DNA of 64,000 nt, taken from a virus. The stretch covers positions 1 through 64,000 of the IMG/VR virus record IMGVR_UViG_3300045988_171725. One strand, 5' to 3'. The position numbers and the translations under genes were made by a program. The notes below the pieces were generated by a model, which ran no database searches, was not told the origin of the DNA, and worked only from the letters and a program-made list of their open reading frames with translations. Below are positions 24,439-34,341 of this stretch, piece by piece; within the stretch, counting starts at the first letter, position 1; every line of letters begins with the position of its first letter.

Positions 24439-24553
24439 ATGTAATTTTCACATTTAATAAAGTTTTTGGGTATAATTATAGGGTGGTTTGGGTGGGGTAA
24501 GAAGATATTCGATTGTATAATTAAAATTTAATAAAAATAAAAATGATAAATAC

Positions 24554-24582
24554 TTGACGACTTACGTAAAGCATGTTATAAT
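24554..24582 (+). promoter_or_regulatory. sigma-A-type promoter P8 (start of the long rightward operon)
   Basis: TTGACG 24554-24559, 17 nt, TGtTATAAT ending 24582. Confidence 0.7.
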
Positions 24583-24628
24583 GAGATTAGAATTAAAATA
24601 TGATTCCAATAAGGAGGATAAAAATGAC

Positions 24629-25231
24629 GTGAGAATATTTTTGGATTGCGATGATACGATTATAAACTCTTCTGAATGTATTATCGATTTATTAAATAAG
24701 AAGAATGGCACAAATAAGACGATTAAGGATTTGAAGGATTTCCATTATCGTTCAATTGATAAAACGTTAACCAACGAAGATGTTGTCAAACTTTTTGAAT
24801 CGGACGATTTTTGGAATTCCGTTAATTACAATAATGAATTTTTGAACATAAAGGATTTTATTGATTCCAATTTTGATGTAACGGTTGTTACTTGTGGCAC
24901 AGAATTAAATCTGAAAAAGAAAGCAAATAAATTAAATTCGCTTGGATATGGCAGTGGATATAATTTTGTTGGTATTTTGATTAAAGACGACTTAAATTTA
25001 TGTAAAAAATGTATAGATATGCACCTCGGTATTCAAATTGATGATAATATGAGTAGTATTGAGAATACTAACGCAGCAGTAAAAATACTTTTTCAAAATA
25101 ACAACAATTTTACATGGAATAGACCAAAGCCGAATATCGATAATTTATACATTGCCCAGACATGGGAAGAAATTCGCCAGATTTTAGAGTTTTTCAAGAA
25201 AAATCCAGAATTTATTTGCAAGGGGTACTAA
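24629..25231 (+). CDS. HAD-family 5'(3')-deoxyribonucleotidase-like protein
   Basis: GTG start 8 nt after AAGGAGG, giving MRIFLDCDDTIINS (DxDxT motif). The ORF-track TTG/ATG starts fall inside promoter P8. Confidence 0.55.
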   Translation: MRIFLDCDDTIINSSECIIDLLNKKNGTNKTIKDLKDFHYRSIDKTLTNEDVVKLFESDDFWNSVNYNNEFLNIKDFIDSNFDVTVVTCGTELNLKKKANKLNSLGYGSGYNFVGILIKDDLNLCKKCIDMHLGIQIDDNMSSIENTNAAVKILFQNNNNFTWNRPKPNIDNLYIAQTWEEIRQILEFFKKNPEFICKGY

Positions 25232-25232
25232 A

Positions 25233-25757
25233 ATGCGGGTAATTTTGATTTCGGGTTCTGCCCGTTTTGGAAAAGACAGTGTTGCTTTTATTATGAAGGA
25301 ATTGTTGGAAAAGCAAAAAAAGAAAGTTCTAATAATTCATTACGCCGACAATTTGAAGCTTTTTGCAAAAAATTATTTTGGATGGTCGGGGCAGAAGGAC
25401 CAGAAGGGTCGCGAGTTGTTGCAATGGCTCGGTACCGACGTGGTTAGAAAGAATTATGAAGATACTTGGGTCGATATGATTGTTGCATTGTTAAAAGGTA
25501 TAAAAACATTGTATGATTATGTAATTATTCCAGATGTTCGGTTCCCAAATGAAATAGACAAAATGTGCGATAATTTTGATTGTATTACGGCTCGCGTAAT
25601 TCGTCCGAATTTTGACAATGGTTTAACCGATGAACAGAAAAATCACCCAAGCGAAATCGCTCTTAAAGACTATCCAATGGAATATGAGTTAATTAACGAC
25701 GGCGATTTGGAAAAGTTGTTAGAGACGACACGGACATTTCTTAAAAATATTGGCTAA
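25233..25757 (+). CDS. deoxynucleoside monophosphate kinase (T4 gp1-like)
   Basis: ILISGSARFGKDS, LQWLGTDVVR, YVIIPDVRFPNE, NHPSE and INDGDLEKL follow the T4 Dnk pattern. Confidence 0.7.
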   Translation: MRVILISGSARFGKDSVAFIMKELLEKQKKKVLIIHYADNLKLFAKNYFGWSGQKDQKGRELLQWLGTDVVRKNYEDTWVDMIVALLKGIKTLYDYVIIPDVRFPNEIDKMCDNFDCITARVIRPNFDNGLTDEQKNHPSEIALKDYPMEYELINDGDLEKLLETTRTFLKNIG

Positions 25758-25769
25758 AAGGAGAGAATA

Positions 25770-27435
25770 ATGCCAGTTTTGCAAAACCTGTATCAGGTTT
25801 ATAAATTACCATCGAGTTTTATCGTGGAAAACAATTTAAAAATCGATAATTATACTCGAAAACGAGCGATTCAAGACGGAAATCTTGTAAGTGTCGGCGA
25901 CAATATGGTATTTTATAAAATTCGGGATTATTATGGGGACACAAGAAGTCACAAAGAGATTTTCGACGCGGTGCAAAACCTTCGAACGACTCTTCGCATT
26001 TGTAAAAGAGAAGGTAAAATACTCGAAGGGCACATCGTAAATCAACAAATTCAGGATATTCTTTTTGTGAAAGACATAATTGTTGTAGTTTGCGAGAAGA
26101 AATCTGAATATCTAAAAATTGGTACAAAAGGATTTGAAATAAACGGAGTCAGATATACGAGACTTTGCGCGGGAGCTGGAAATTTGCGCCGTAACAATGC
26201 GATTTATGTAAACGAGAAGCTTTACCCTTATCTTTACGAAGTGTTTATGTGCGGGCTCGCAGACAAACTTAAAGAAGCGGTTCTTCCAAAACTCAGCGCG
26301 TATTTTGCGCTTTCCTTTTCGTCGGTTTTGTGGGTTAGAACGCCGCGAGTTTGCGTGATAAAAGACTTCGAAACGACGCTCCCCAATCAGAACGTCGATT
26401 TCATTTGTCGAAAGGAAGAATTGGACGACGAAGGAAAACCTCGAACGAAACATTACATCGAAAAACGCGTGATGGATTTAACGCTCAATAGTGCGGACGG
26501 GCAAGGTTTGGTAGATCCCGAATTTAGTAAGTTGTGGGCGGAAGATATGCAGCTCGATTACGTGCCTTCATCGTTTGTTGTCAGAAGTTCGTTCGTGAAA
26601 GGGAACCTCGTTCCGTTTGATTTTAAGGCTTACGCAGCGGAACATGGAATAGACAAAATTAAGGATAGATGGGGTGTTGAATACCCGTTGAATGAAATTG
26701 ATGTTTTATTAAGCGAGTCGCAGTTCAAAGAATATAAGGAATATTCGAGCTGGCAGGAGTATTTGTATTATTTTAACAAATACAAGCTCCGTTGGGGTGT
26801 CGCCCGTTACAATAAGAAACACGATGATGAATATGTTCTCGCGAATTACCAATACATTCAAGCGCTTACCCTTTCGAAGGAAGATATTCACGGGTTAATT
26901 CAACCGACAATCGATTGGATTAAAAACATTTGTTCGGGCGATGATTTATACAGCCTTCTTTTTATGTTCGGAGGCAAAAGCGAAGACGTGACTTATGAGA
27001 GAATGTACTCTTCGGCGCAATCAACGTTTATGAAAGCGATCGTAAAAAACAACGAGATGCTGAAAGACGCGCACGTTCAGCGGAAGATTTACAAAAACAT
27101 CGTTGAGTGTATAAACCGTGCGAAGATTGGCAAGATTTGGGTGAGAGGAAATTACCAGTTTATGATTTCTGACCCGATCGCGCAGTGCCAGTCGGCGTTG
27201 GGATTACCAGTTAAAGGGGAAATTCCAGCCGAACACGTTTGGTCGAATTTTTGGAATGAACGACGAATTGAGGGTTATGTTGACTGCTGTCGTTCGCCAA
27301 TGATCGATACAAGTGAGCATAACCCGTCGAAGTTATATAAAAGCGAAACCACAGAAAAGTGGTATCAATATATAAAGAGTGGTTTGGTGTACAGCATATA
27401 CGATGTCGCGACATTTAAACACTCGGATAGTGACT
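25770..27435 (+). CDS. RdRP/YonO-like single-subunit RNA polymerase, exon 1
   Basis: AAGGAGA RBS. SFVVRSSFVKGNLV (R...KG.L), CCRSPMIDTSEH (R.P). Ends ...FKHSDSD + T, the first base of the Phe codon of DFDGD. Confidence 0.65.
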
Positions 27436-28424
27436 TAACGATATAGGTCCTGCGATTGGTGACAATCGTATGCAAACTCGGTGAACCCATAAATGTGGGG
27501 TGTGGAGATTAATCTCTGCTAACGACAAAAATCTTCTTTCGATTTTCGCAATATAAATACGAGAAGGTGATATTGTTGGATTTTGATAAGATAGATTTTT
27601 CTGTAAAGAAATATGATAAAACTCGTAAATATTATGTTTATGAGTGGTATAATGTTGAAACTGGCGCTGTCTTTTATGTTGGTAAAGGTAGCGGTGGTAG
27701 ATACAAAAGAGTGACAAATAGTTCTCGAAATATATATTTTTTAAGATATTACAACAAATATAAATGTGATAGCAGGATTTTATTTTGTGGCTTGACGGAA
27801 GAAGAAGCATATCTTAAAGAAAAAGAAATTATAATAAAATATAATAAACTCGGCTATCAATTAACGAATTGTGACGAAGGAGGGCACCCTGGTGGAGCTA
27901 ATTCTGGAGAAAAAAATGGTATGTATGGAAAGACCCATACTCCAGAAGTTCGTAAAATCCTAAGAGATGTTAATCTTGGAAAGATTGGCAAAACAAATTC
28001 AAACGCAAAGTATTGCGATGTTTATGACGATAAGTTTGAATTTATAAAACATTTCGATTGTATAACCGATGCAATGAATTATATTGGTGAAATAGAGAAC
28101 AGAACATATAAGAGTATGGTAACGTATTTTTGGAGATATCAAAACGGAACCATAGATATTATACTAAATAAGTATCATATAAAAATTTATAGAAAATCGA
28201 GAGAAGACAATGACGTGCCAAGCGTTTCTAAAAATGGAAATGAAGGTACAACGACTATCGAAAGCGTATAAATAGAGAAATACTATTTAAAGTAAGCAAG
28301 TAGAGTACCAATGAGTGAAATTCTCAACGGGAAGTGCCGAGGTTCTTATATTTGGTGAAAGAATATAAGAATATAAAATAGTCTATACCCCTAATAAATA
28401 TCGGGCGACCGAGGGTAGGAATAG
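27436..28424 (+). mobile_element. group I intron carrying a GIY-YIG homing endonuclease ORF
   Basis: P1 helix: exon GACU (27432-27435) pairs with GGUC (27446-27449) and ends in a U-G wobble. The last intron base is G (28424). Contains a GNRA hairpin 27453-27468 and a 10-bp hairpin 28343-28371. Removing it restores the reading frame. Confidence 0.65.
27567..28271 (+). CDS. GIY-YIG homing endonuclease (I-TevI-like, NUMOD3 repeats)
   Basis: YYVYEWYNVETGAVFYVGKGSGGRYKR (GIY...YVG). GEKNGMYGKTHTPEVRKILRD and GKIGKTNSNAKY (NUMOD3-like). The start may be GTG 27567 or TTG 27576. Confidence 0.8.
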   Translation: MILLDFDKIDFSVKKYDKTRKYYVYEWYNVETGAVFYVGKGSGGRYKRVTNSSRNIYFLRYYNKYKCDSRILFCGLTEEEAYLKEKEIIIKYNKLGYQLTNCDEGGHPGGANSGEKNGMYGKTHTPEVRKILRDVNLGKIGKTNSNAKYCDVYDDKFEFIKHFDCITDAMNYIGEIENRTYKSMVTYFWRYQNGTIDIILNKYHIKIYRKSREDNDVPSVSKNGNEGTTTIESV

Positions 28425-29566
28425 TCGATGGAGACATTGCCCTTTCAACAGATAACGAATATTTCTTGAAAGGTGCTCACAGAAATGAAAACATAATAAC
28501 TTATGAAAAAGGCATTGCCCGTAAGGAAGAAATTTCCCAGAAAAACTTCGTAAAAAAAGACCTTATGGGCTTTGGTACGGCGGTCGGCAGTCTTTCAAAT
28601 ACCGCGACGATTATTTACGCGATGATCGGGATTTTCAATAAACCAGAACAGGAGCCGCAACGCCAAGAGTTATACACGCGAATAAAGCTTCTTCGCGAAT
28701 ACGTCGGGCAGGAAATTGACAGAGCGAAACTCGGAATAAAGCAGCAAAAACTTCCAGTCGAGTGGAGAAAATATATTCATGTAAATAAAGATGATACCGA
28801 TGAAATAAAGGCGGAAAAATATAAACACAATTCCATGGTAATTAAAAAGAAACCTTATTTCTTTCGTTATCTTTATCCTGAATGTAATAAAGAGTTTAAA
28901 CAATTTGAAAATGGCTATAACATTATATCAAAAGATATGTTTGGGCTGAAATTAAAAAAGCTTTTTGCGAAACCAAACAAAACGGGAAAAGAAATGACGC
29001 TCGTTAGACAATATCAAAAGAATTGCCCTCTGATTGTTTCAAATTGTACAATGAATATCTTATGTAAAGAATTTGAGAATGTTGATTTTGACATAAAATT
29101 TGGTAAATCTAATGTGAATATGCTTAATCTTTATCAAAATGAAGGTTTTAAAGTCAATTCATCAATTCTTACGAAGTTTCGCAACGCTTATCGTAAATAT
29201 AACAATAAAAAGACAATAATTGCGCTCGATGATGTTTTTGAAAACAAAGACGAGGACGATATAAAGAATATTTACAATCTCGTTCTCGATACGGCAAAGC
29301 AGGAAATCCAGGAAGAAATTTTCGGGTTCGGGTTAAAGCCCAAGGAAATGCTTTTTTACGTCGGTCAGCTTGCGAAGGAATATACAAATTTCAATTGGAG
29401 TTTTGTTTGGGACATAATGGATTCAATCGTTCCCGAAGGCGTTGAACAAGGGAAAAGTTACGCACCAGTTCGTTCGGAAGACGGAGAAGAATATCTCGGC
29501 GAGAAGTTCATGCTCAAAGAAGTTATAAAGAGAGCCGAAGGGGAGGTTTATACGAATGTTGAATGA
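28425..29566 (+). CDS. RdRP/YonO-like RNA polymerase, exon 2
   Basis: Begins TC GAT GGA GAC, which completes DFDGD. The frame is open for 69 nt upstream of the first possible start codon, and no RBS is present there. Confidence 0.65.
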
Positions 29567-30161
29567 TACGACGATAAATCGATTATTAGAGACAAAAGAA
29601 ATAACCTCTCTCGATGAGCTGAAACAGTTAACGGTTTATTTTACGCAAAAAGGTGTCGACGTTTCTCAAATACTCGAAACGCTCGAAAAGTACGAAATCA
29701 AGTTCGAAATCAAAGGCGTAAAAATTGAAGAAATCGTTCGGCTTTTGGCGGCAATAAACCCGCCTTCGAAAAAAGAGAGGCAAGAAGAATTCGAGATTTA
29801 CGAGTCGGAAGTTTGTTATTTGCAAAGAGTCAAAAACAAAGACGACAGAAAAATTCTCTTTTTGCTTTTGGCGATATCAAAATACGATAATCACCCGACG
29901 GGGTGGATAAAATACAACCGCGACTTACTTTTCAATTTTTGGGGGCTGAAACTCACAAATCCCCAAAGATCAGAGGTTATAAAGCGGTGTTGCGAGATTG
30001 GCGCGATTGATTTACGTGTTATCGGAAGTAAGAATCCGATTGTGTGTTTTAAGGTGAATTTCAGGAGTTATGATTTTGCCAACGCGGTGGCAAAATTGAG
30101 TTTTAATGACGTATCATTGATTGAGTTTTACGATAGCTATTTATACGGAGAAAGCGAATGA
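29556..30161 (+). CDS. hypothetical protein (201 aa)
   Basis: GGGGAGG RBS. Confidence 0.6.
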   Translation: MLNDTTINRLLETKEITSLDELKQLTVYFTQKGVDVSQILETLEKYEIKFEIKGVKIEEIVRLLAAINPPSKKERQEEFEIYESEVCYLQRVKNKDDRKILFLLLAISKYDNHPTGWIKYNRDLLFNFWGLKLTNPQRSEVIKRCCEIGAIDLRVIGSKNPIVCFKVNFRSYDFANAVAKLSFNDVSLIEFYDSYLYGESE

Positions 30162-30955
30162 ACGACTATATATTTGATTGGGCGGAAAACAGCGAGAAAA
30201 TTTTGGCGGGCGGAGGTTATACAACCAAAGTCCACCAAACCTTCGAGCAGATAATGCTTTTCGCGTATTTAAGAGAAAAAGGATACAGCAAAGACGAAAT
30301 ATTCAGTTTGTGGACTAAAACCGACTCATTGCTTCTCCAAAAAATCGGGGACGACAAAAACCAGAGAGATAAATATTTCGGGAAGTTGTTCGCGGATTCG
30401 ACGAAGTATAAAATTGAGAAGGGGAATCGGATAGATATTTATCAGAGCGAGATTGATTTTATCAACAATATGGAAGTGAGTATGTGGATAAAACAGTACG
30501 TTCTTGCGATGTTGTGTATTTATAAGTGGTATGGGAAGGAATGGTGCGTTTATAACGATAAGATTAAGAGGTTTTGTTATAGTTGCACGAGTACAAAAAA
30601 AGAAAGAGACCGAAACACCGAATTGTTAAGTTTATGTGTTAATGAATATAGACCGTTTATAATTAACTCAAGAAATAATTTTCTGTCTTTTAAAATTTTA
30701 TTTTGTTATAAAAATGATACTATAATTAAAAACATAAGAAGTCCAAGAGAAGTTCATGAGTGTTTTTTATTTCTTAAAAATGAAAAAAAATGTTTAAAAT
30801 GTGGCAAAGTGTTTTTTTATAAGGAAAATTCTATAAATTTAGATAATTGTCCAATATGTAGAAAAAAAATAAAATATCATAGAGAGTATTTAAGCAGATT
30901 ACAAAGGGGTTCGGGAAAACTCTATAATAGTGAAAACAGACAAATAACTGATTAA
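30158..30955 (+). CDS. hypothetical protein with C-terminal zinc ribbon (265 aa)
   Basis: CLKCG...CPICR. ATGA overlap with the upstream gene. Confidence 0.6.
   Translation: MNDYIFDWAENSEKILAGGGYTTKVHQTFEQIMLFAYLREKGYSKDEIFSLWTKTDSLLLQKIGDDKNQRDKYFGKLFADSTKYKIEKGNRIDIYQSEIDFINNMEVSMWIKQYVLAMLCIYKWYGKEWCVYNDKIKRFCYSCTSTKKERDRNTELLSLCVNEYRPFIINSRNNFLSFKILFCYKNDTIIKNIRSPREVHECFLFLKNEKKCLKCGKVFFYKENSINLDNCPICRKKIKYHREYLSRLQRGSGKLYNSENRQITD
30898..30934 (+). promoter_or_regulatory. 37-nt conserved promoter-like element, copy A
   Basis: ATTACAAAGGGGTTCGGGAAAACTCTATAATAGTGAA, reading as TTACAA-18-TATAAT. Identical to copy B. Lies about 35 nt upstream of the 30969 gene. Confidence 0.5.
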
Positions 30956-30968
30956 AGGAGAGAACGAG

Positions 30969-32162
30969 ATGATAGATTTCGAAGATATAGATTACAAACG
31001 CCTTGACGAAGAAACTGAAGATGATTATACCCTCCGTATATGCGCGTTAAAAGAAATAAAACATCTTTATTGGGATGAAATTGCCCAAATAATAAATAGA
31101 ACGCTCGACCAAAATTATACCGAAAGCAGATATAGAAAAATGTATTCCGCTTACACAAAAGGAAAAGCAGATGCAGTTAAGGAAGAGGAAATCCCAGAAA
31201 TCTCCGAATATATGCAGCAGAAAATCGAACTCCAAAAAGAGCGTATAAAAATCTCCGACGAAAGAGTTCAAACGAATGCTTATATCCGTCAACTTGCGAG
31301 GGAAGAGACAATTAAAGAGATAGCCTCGAAATGCGCTCAGGAGATGAACTCTAAAAAGCTCCTGGAGGCTCGTAAAATTGATAGAGATTTTTTTGGCGAA
31401 GGAAATTCCGCGATTGTTTGCCTGAGCGATTGGCATTACGGTATTGATATAAAGAATTATTGGAACGTTTACAACCCAGACATAGCGAAAGAGCGTGTTG
31501 CAAAATTACGCGACGAAGTTAGAGTTTATTGTCTTGCAAACGGCGTAAAAGATTTACATGTTGTAAACCTCAGCGATTTAATTTGCGGACGTATCCACCT
31601 CGGGTTGAGACTTGAAAGCAGGTTCGACGTGATAACGCAGGTAATGCAGGTTTCTGAAATTCTTGCCGAGTTGTTAAACGATTGGGCGACAGATTTCGAA
31701 ATTCATTATTATGACTGCCTTGATAATCATAGCCGTCTTGAACCAAATAAGAAAGACGCCATGGATTTGGAAAGTCTTGCAAGAGTAATCCCGTGGTATC
31801 TTAAAGAACGTTTGAATAACAGAATTATAATTCACGAAAACGAATATGATGAGGGAATTATAACATTCAGATGTCACGGTTACGAAGTAGTCGGCGTTCA
31901 CGGAGATCATGATAAACCAAGCACAGTTGTTGACAATATGAGTTTGATGACACACAAACACTACGATTTGGTTGTGACGGCTCATCTCCATCATTTCTCG
32001 GCGGATGAGAAAAACGAAACGGTAGTTGTGAGCAATGGTTCGCTGATGGGAACAGACACATATGCAAAGAATTTGAGATTAAGCAGCAAGGCGTCGCAAA
32101 ATCTTATTATCGCGACCGACAATTCACCTTGCGAATGTATATATAGAATAATTTTGAATTAA
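30969..32162 (+). CDS. metallophosphoesterase (Mre11/SbcD-like) with N-terminal helical domain
   Basis: CLSDWHYG, DNHSR, GVHGDHD and TAHLHH in canonical order. Confidence 0.65.
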   Translation: MIDFEDIDYKRLDEETEDDYTLRICALKEIKHLYWDEIAQIINRTLDQNYTESRYRKMYSAYTKGKADAVKEEEIPEISEYMQQKIELQKERIKISDERVQTNAYIRQLAREETIKEIASKCAQEMNSKKLLEARKIDRDFFGEGNSAIVCLSDWHYGIDIKNYWNVYNPDIAKERVAKLRDEVRVYCLANGVKDLHVVNLSDLICGRIHLGLRLESRFDVITQVMQVSEILAELLNDWATDFEIHYYDCLDNHSRLEPNKKDAMDLESLARVIPWYLKERLNNRIIIHENEYDEGIITFRCHGYEVVGVHGDHDKPSTVVDNMSLMTHKHYDLVVTAHLHHFSADEKNETVVVSNGSLMGTDTYAKNLRLSSKASQNLIIATDNSPCECIYRIILN

Positions 32163-32316
32163 AAAAGTTGATAAAACGATTGGGACAGGGAGTCATGACC
32201 TTTTCCACAACTCCTTTTTGTGGAATTACCAATCTTTTATAATATTTTGTTTTTTTTTAGAAGGAGCTAAAAATGAGTAGTAAAAAAATAATATTACCAA
32301 AGAGAACTTATATGAT

Positions 32317-33444
32317 TTGTATATAATACAAGATAAAACTATTGAAGAATGTGCGGAATATTTTAATTGTAGCAAATCTGTTATAAGAAGAAGGATAGCA
32401 CAATATAATATTAAATTAAAGGGGCATTCTTATACGAGAAGACATATAATACCAAAAGATAAGCTTTATAAATTTTTTATAAGAGAAAACCATTCGTTAA
32501 AAGAAACCGCCAGCAAATTTGGGTGTTCTGGCGCGACAATATTACTAAGATGTAAAGAATATGGCATAAGAAAACTGGGAAATATAGTTGATAAAGATGA
32601 ATTATATCAGTATTATATTGTAGAGAATCATACCAAGAAACAATGTAATCAATTTTTTAATTGTTATGTCGACCCGTATCTTCAAAAATATGGAATATTA
32701 AAACCAAAAGATAAAATCAATGAGAATACGTGGCATGAAAAATACCATGTTGATGTTGATTGTTTATATGATTTATATATAGCTAAAAATCATACGGTTG
32801 ATGAATGTGCGGAATTTTTTAAATGTCCAAAATCTAAAATAGAAATAACATTGCGAAAGAACAATATACACAAGGTTAATACTATTCCAATACCAAAAGA
32901 TGAACTATATAATTATTACATAGAAGAAAATCATACAGCCTATGAAACGGCTGAATTTTTTAATACCACCGTTTCAAAGGTGTTTTATTGGGCAAATAAA
33001 GTTTATGGAATAAAGAAAGATGTCTATAAAGCAAATGAGTTAACGCAGAAGAAAATGCGTGAAAACAAAACTTTTAATAGTTCCAAACAAGAAGATTTAT
33101 TTTATGAATATTTAGTAGGCAAATATGGAAAAGATGATATAATCAGACAATACAAGGAAGAAAGATATCCGTTTAATTGTGATTTTTATATAAAATCGAA
33201 AGATATTTTTGTAGAGTTAAATCTTAATTGGACGCATGGCAGAGAACCATTTGATTTTACAAATCTAAATCATATACAAAAAGCTAAGATATTAGAGGAA
33301 AGATCGGTTTATTCTGATTTTTATAAGATTGCTTTAAATGTTTGGACTGAACGCGACCCGAACAAAATTAAAACAGCAAAATTGAATAATCTTAATTACG
33401 TTATGTATTATAACGTTAAAGATTTGTATGATGGCAGAGTGTAG
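32317..33444 (+). CDS. homing-endonuclease-like protein: five HTH repeats + PD-(D/E)XK-type nuclease
   Basis: Five repeats of K(D/E)ELYxxYIxENxTxxExAExF....I......GIxK. C-terminal SKQEDLFYEYL...FNCDFYIKSKDIFVELN. Paralogue of 43824-44945. The true start is uncertain (see findings). Confidence 0.6.
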   Translation: MYIIQDKTIEECAEYFNCSKSVIRRRIAQYNIKLKGHSYTRRHIIPKDKLYKFFIRENHSLKETASKFGCSGATILLRCKEYGIRKLGNIVDKDELYQYYIVENHTKKQCNQFFNCYVDPYLQKYGILKPKDKINENTWHEKYHVDVDCLYDLYIAKNHTVDECAEFFKCPKSKIEITLRKNNIHKVNTIPIPKDELYNYYIEENHTAYETAEFFNTTVSKVFYWANKVYGIKKDVYKANELTQKKMRENKTFNSSKQEDLFYEYLVGKYGKDDIIRQYKEERYPFNCDFYIKSKDIFVELNLNWTHGREPFDFTNLNHIQKAKILEERSVYSDFYKIALNVWTERDPNKIKTAKLNNLNYVMYYNVKDLYDGRV

Positions 33445-33474
33445 CTTTTGCCATTTTTTTATAAGGAGTAAAAG

Positions 33475-34341
33475 ATGATAAAACAAGTAAAAAAGGAAGT
33501 TGAAGAAGAAAATATAATAGACAGCGTGTTATCGTCTGAAACGAATGAAACCATAGATCCTACCGAAGGGTTGTCGGAAGAAGATTTAGCAAATAGGCGA
33601 GAAGTTTTGTCGATATTTCATTATGACCCATTTGAAAGAGAATGTTTATCAGATCGTAAAAAAATGTATAGAGATGTTACCATAATGGTCACACCAGATC
33701 TCTCAACTGATTTACCAAAACAAAGAGGATGTATTGATTTGGTTCGAAGTTATTTGAGAGCCGATAAAATTTCGGTAGCAATTCAAGAGCTCACGAAAGA
33801 TGCGGATACGATGATAAATAATGATAAAAAATTAAAAACCTTGCAGGATTTTCAAAAGACAACGAGCGACATAATCCAAAAAAACTTAAAAGATTTTGGA
33901 TTTAGTGAGCGTTATTCGTTAGCGAAAAGTAAGGGTGTCGGAACACTTTCTTATATAATGCGTGAAAGCGAGGAAGTCGACCGCGATGACGAGAAAATAA
34001 ACATTTACGACGTTGAAACAAGCAAAAGTATGCAGTTGGCAAGCGATATAAGCGCCGAATCGTTTTTTAAACAAATCGCGTTAAATGCGGGTGATTATAA
34101 GGATATCGTAACGAAACAGAAAAAGTTAATCAAAGAATTGACGGACGAAAACAAAAAACTTAAAGAAGAAAATCGGCTTATTTACGAACAGATAACCAAA
34201 GAAGAACTTTTGAAAGAACTTGCAAAGAAGCTCGAAGGGAAGGGTTTGGGGCGTAGAGAAATACAAGATATGGTTCTCGCAGAAATTCATTACGATGATA
34301 ATGAAATAAAAGAGATGAAGAAGCGAGGTAAAAATAAATGA
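33475..34341 (+). CDS. possible small terminase subunit (288 aa)
   Basis: Called on position only: it lies immediately upstream of, and overlaps, the large terminase gene. Coiled-coil C-terminus. Confidence 0.3.
   Translation: MIKQVKKEVEEENIIDSVLSSETNETIDPTEGLSEEDLANRREVLSIFHYDPFERECLSDRKKMYRDVTIMVTPDLSTDLPKQRGCIDLVRSYLRADKISVAIQELTKDADTMINNDKKLKTLQDFQKTTSDIIQKNLKDFGFSERYSLAKSKGVGTLSYIMRESEEVDRDDEKINIYDVETSKSMQLASDISAESFFKQIALNAGDYKDIVTKQKKLIKELTDENKKLKEENRLIYEQITKEELLKELAKKLEGKGLGRREIQDMVLAEIHYDDNEIKEMKKRGKNK

Noticed and set aside
24554-24628. ORF-track TTG start (24554) and ATG 24581 for the nucleotidase-like gene
   Set aside because: Both fall inside the -35 and -10 hexamers of promoter P8. 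GTG 24629 lies 8 nt after AAGGAGG and yields the expected MRIFLDCDDT N-terminus.
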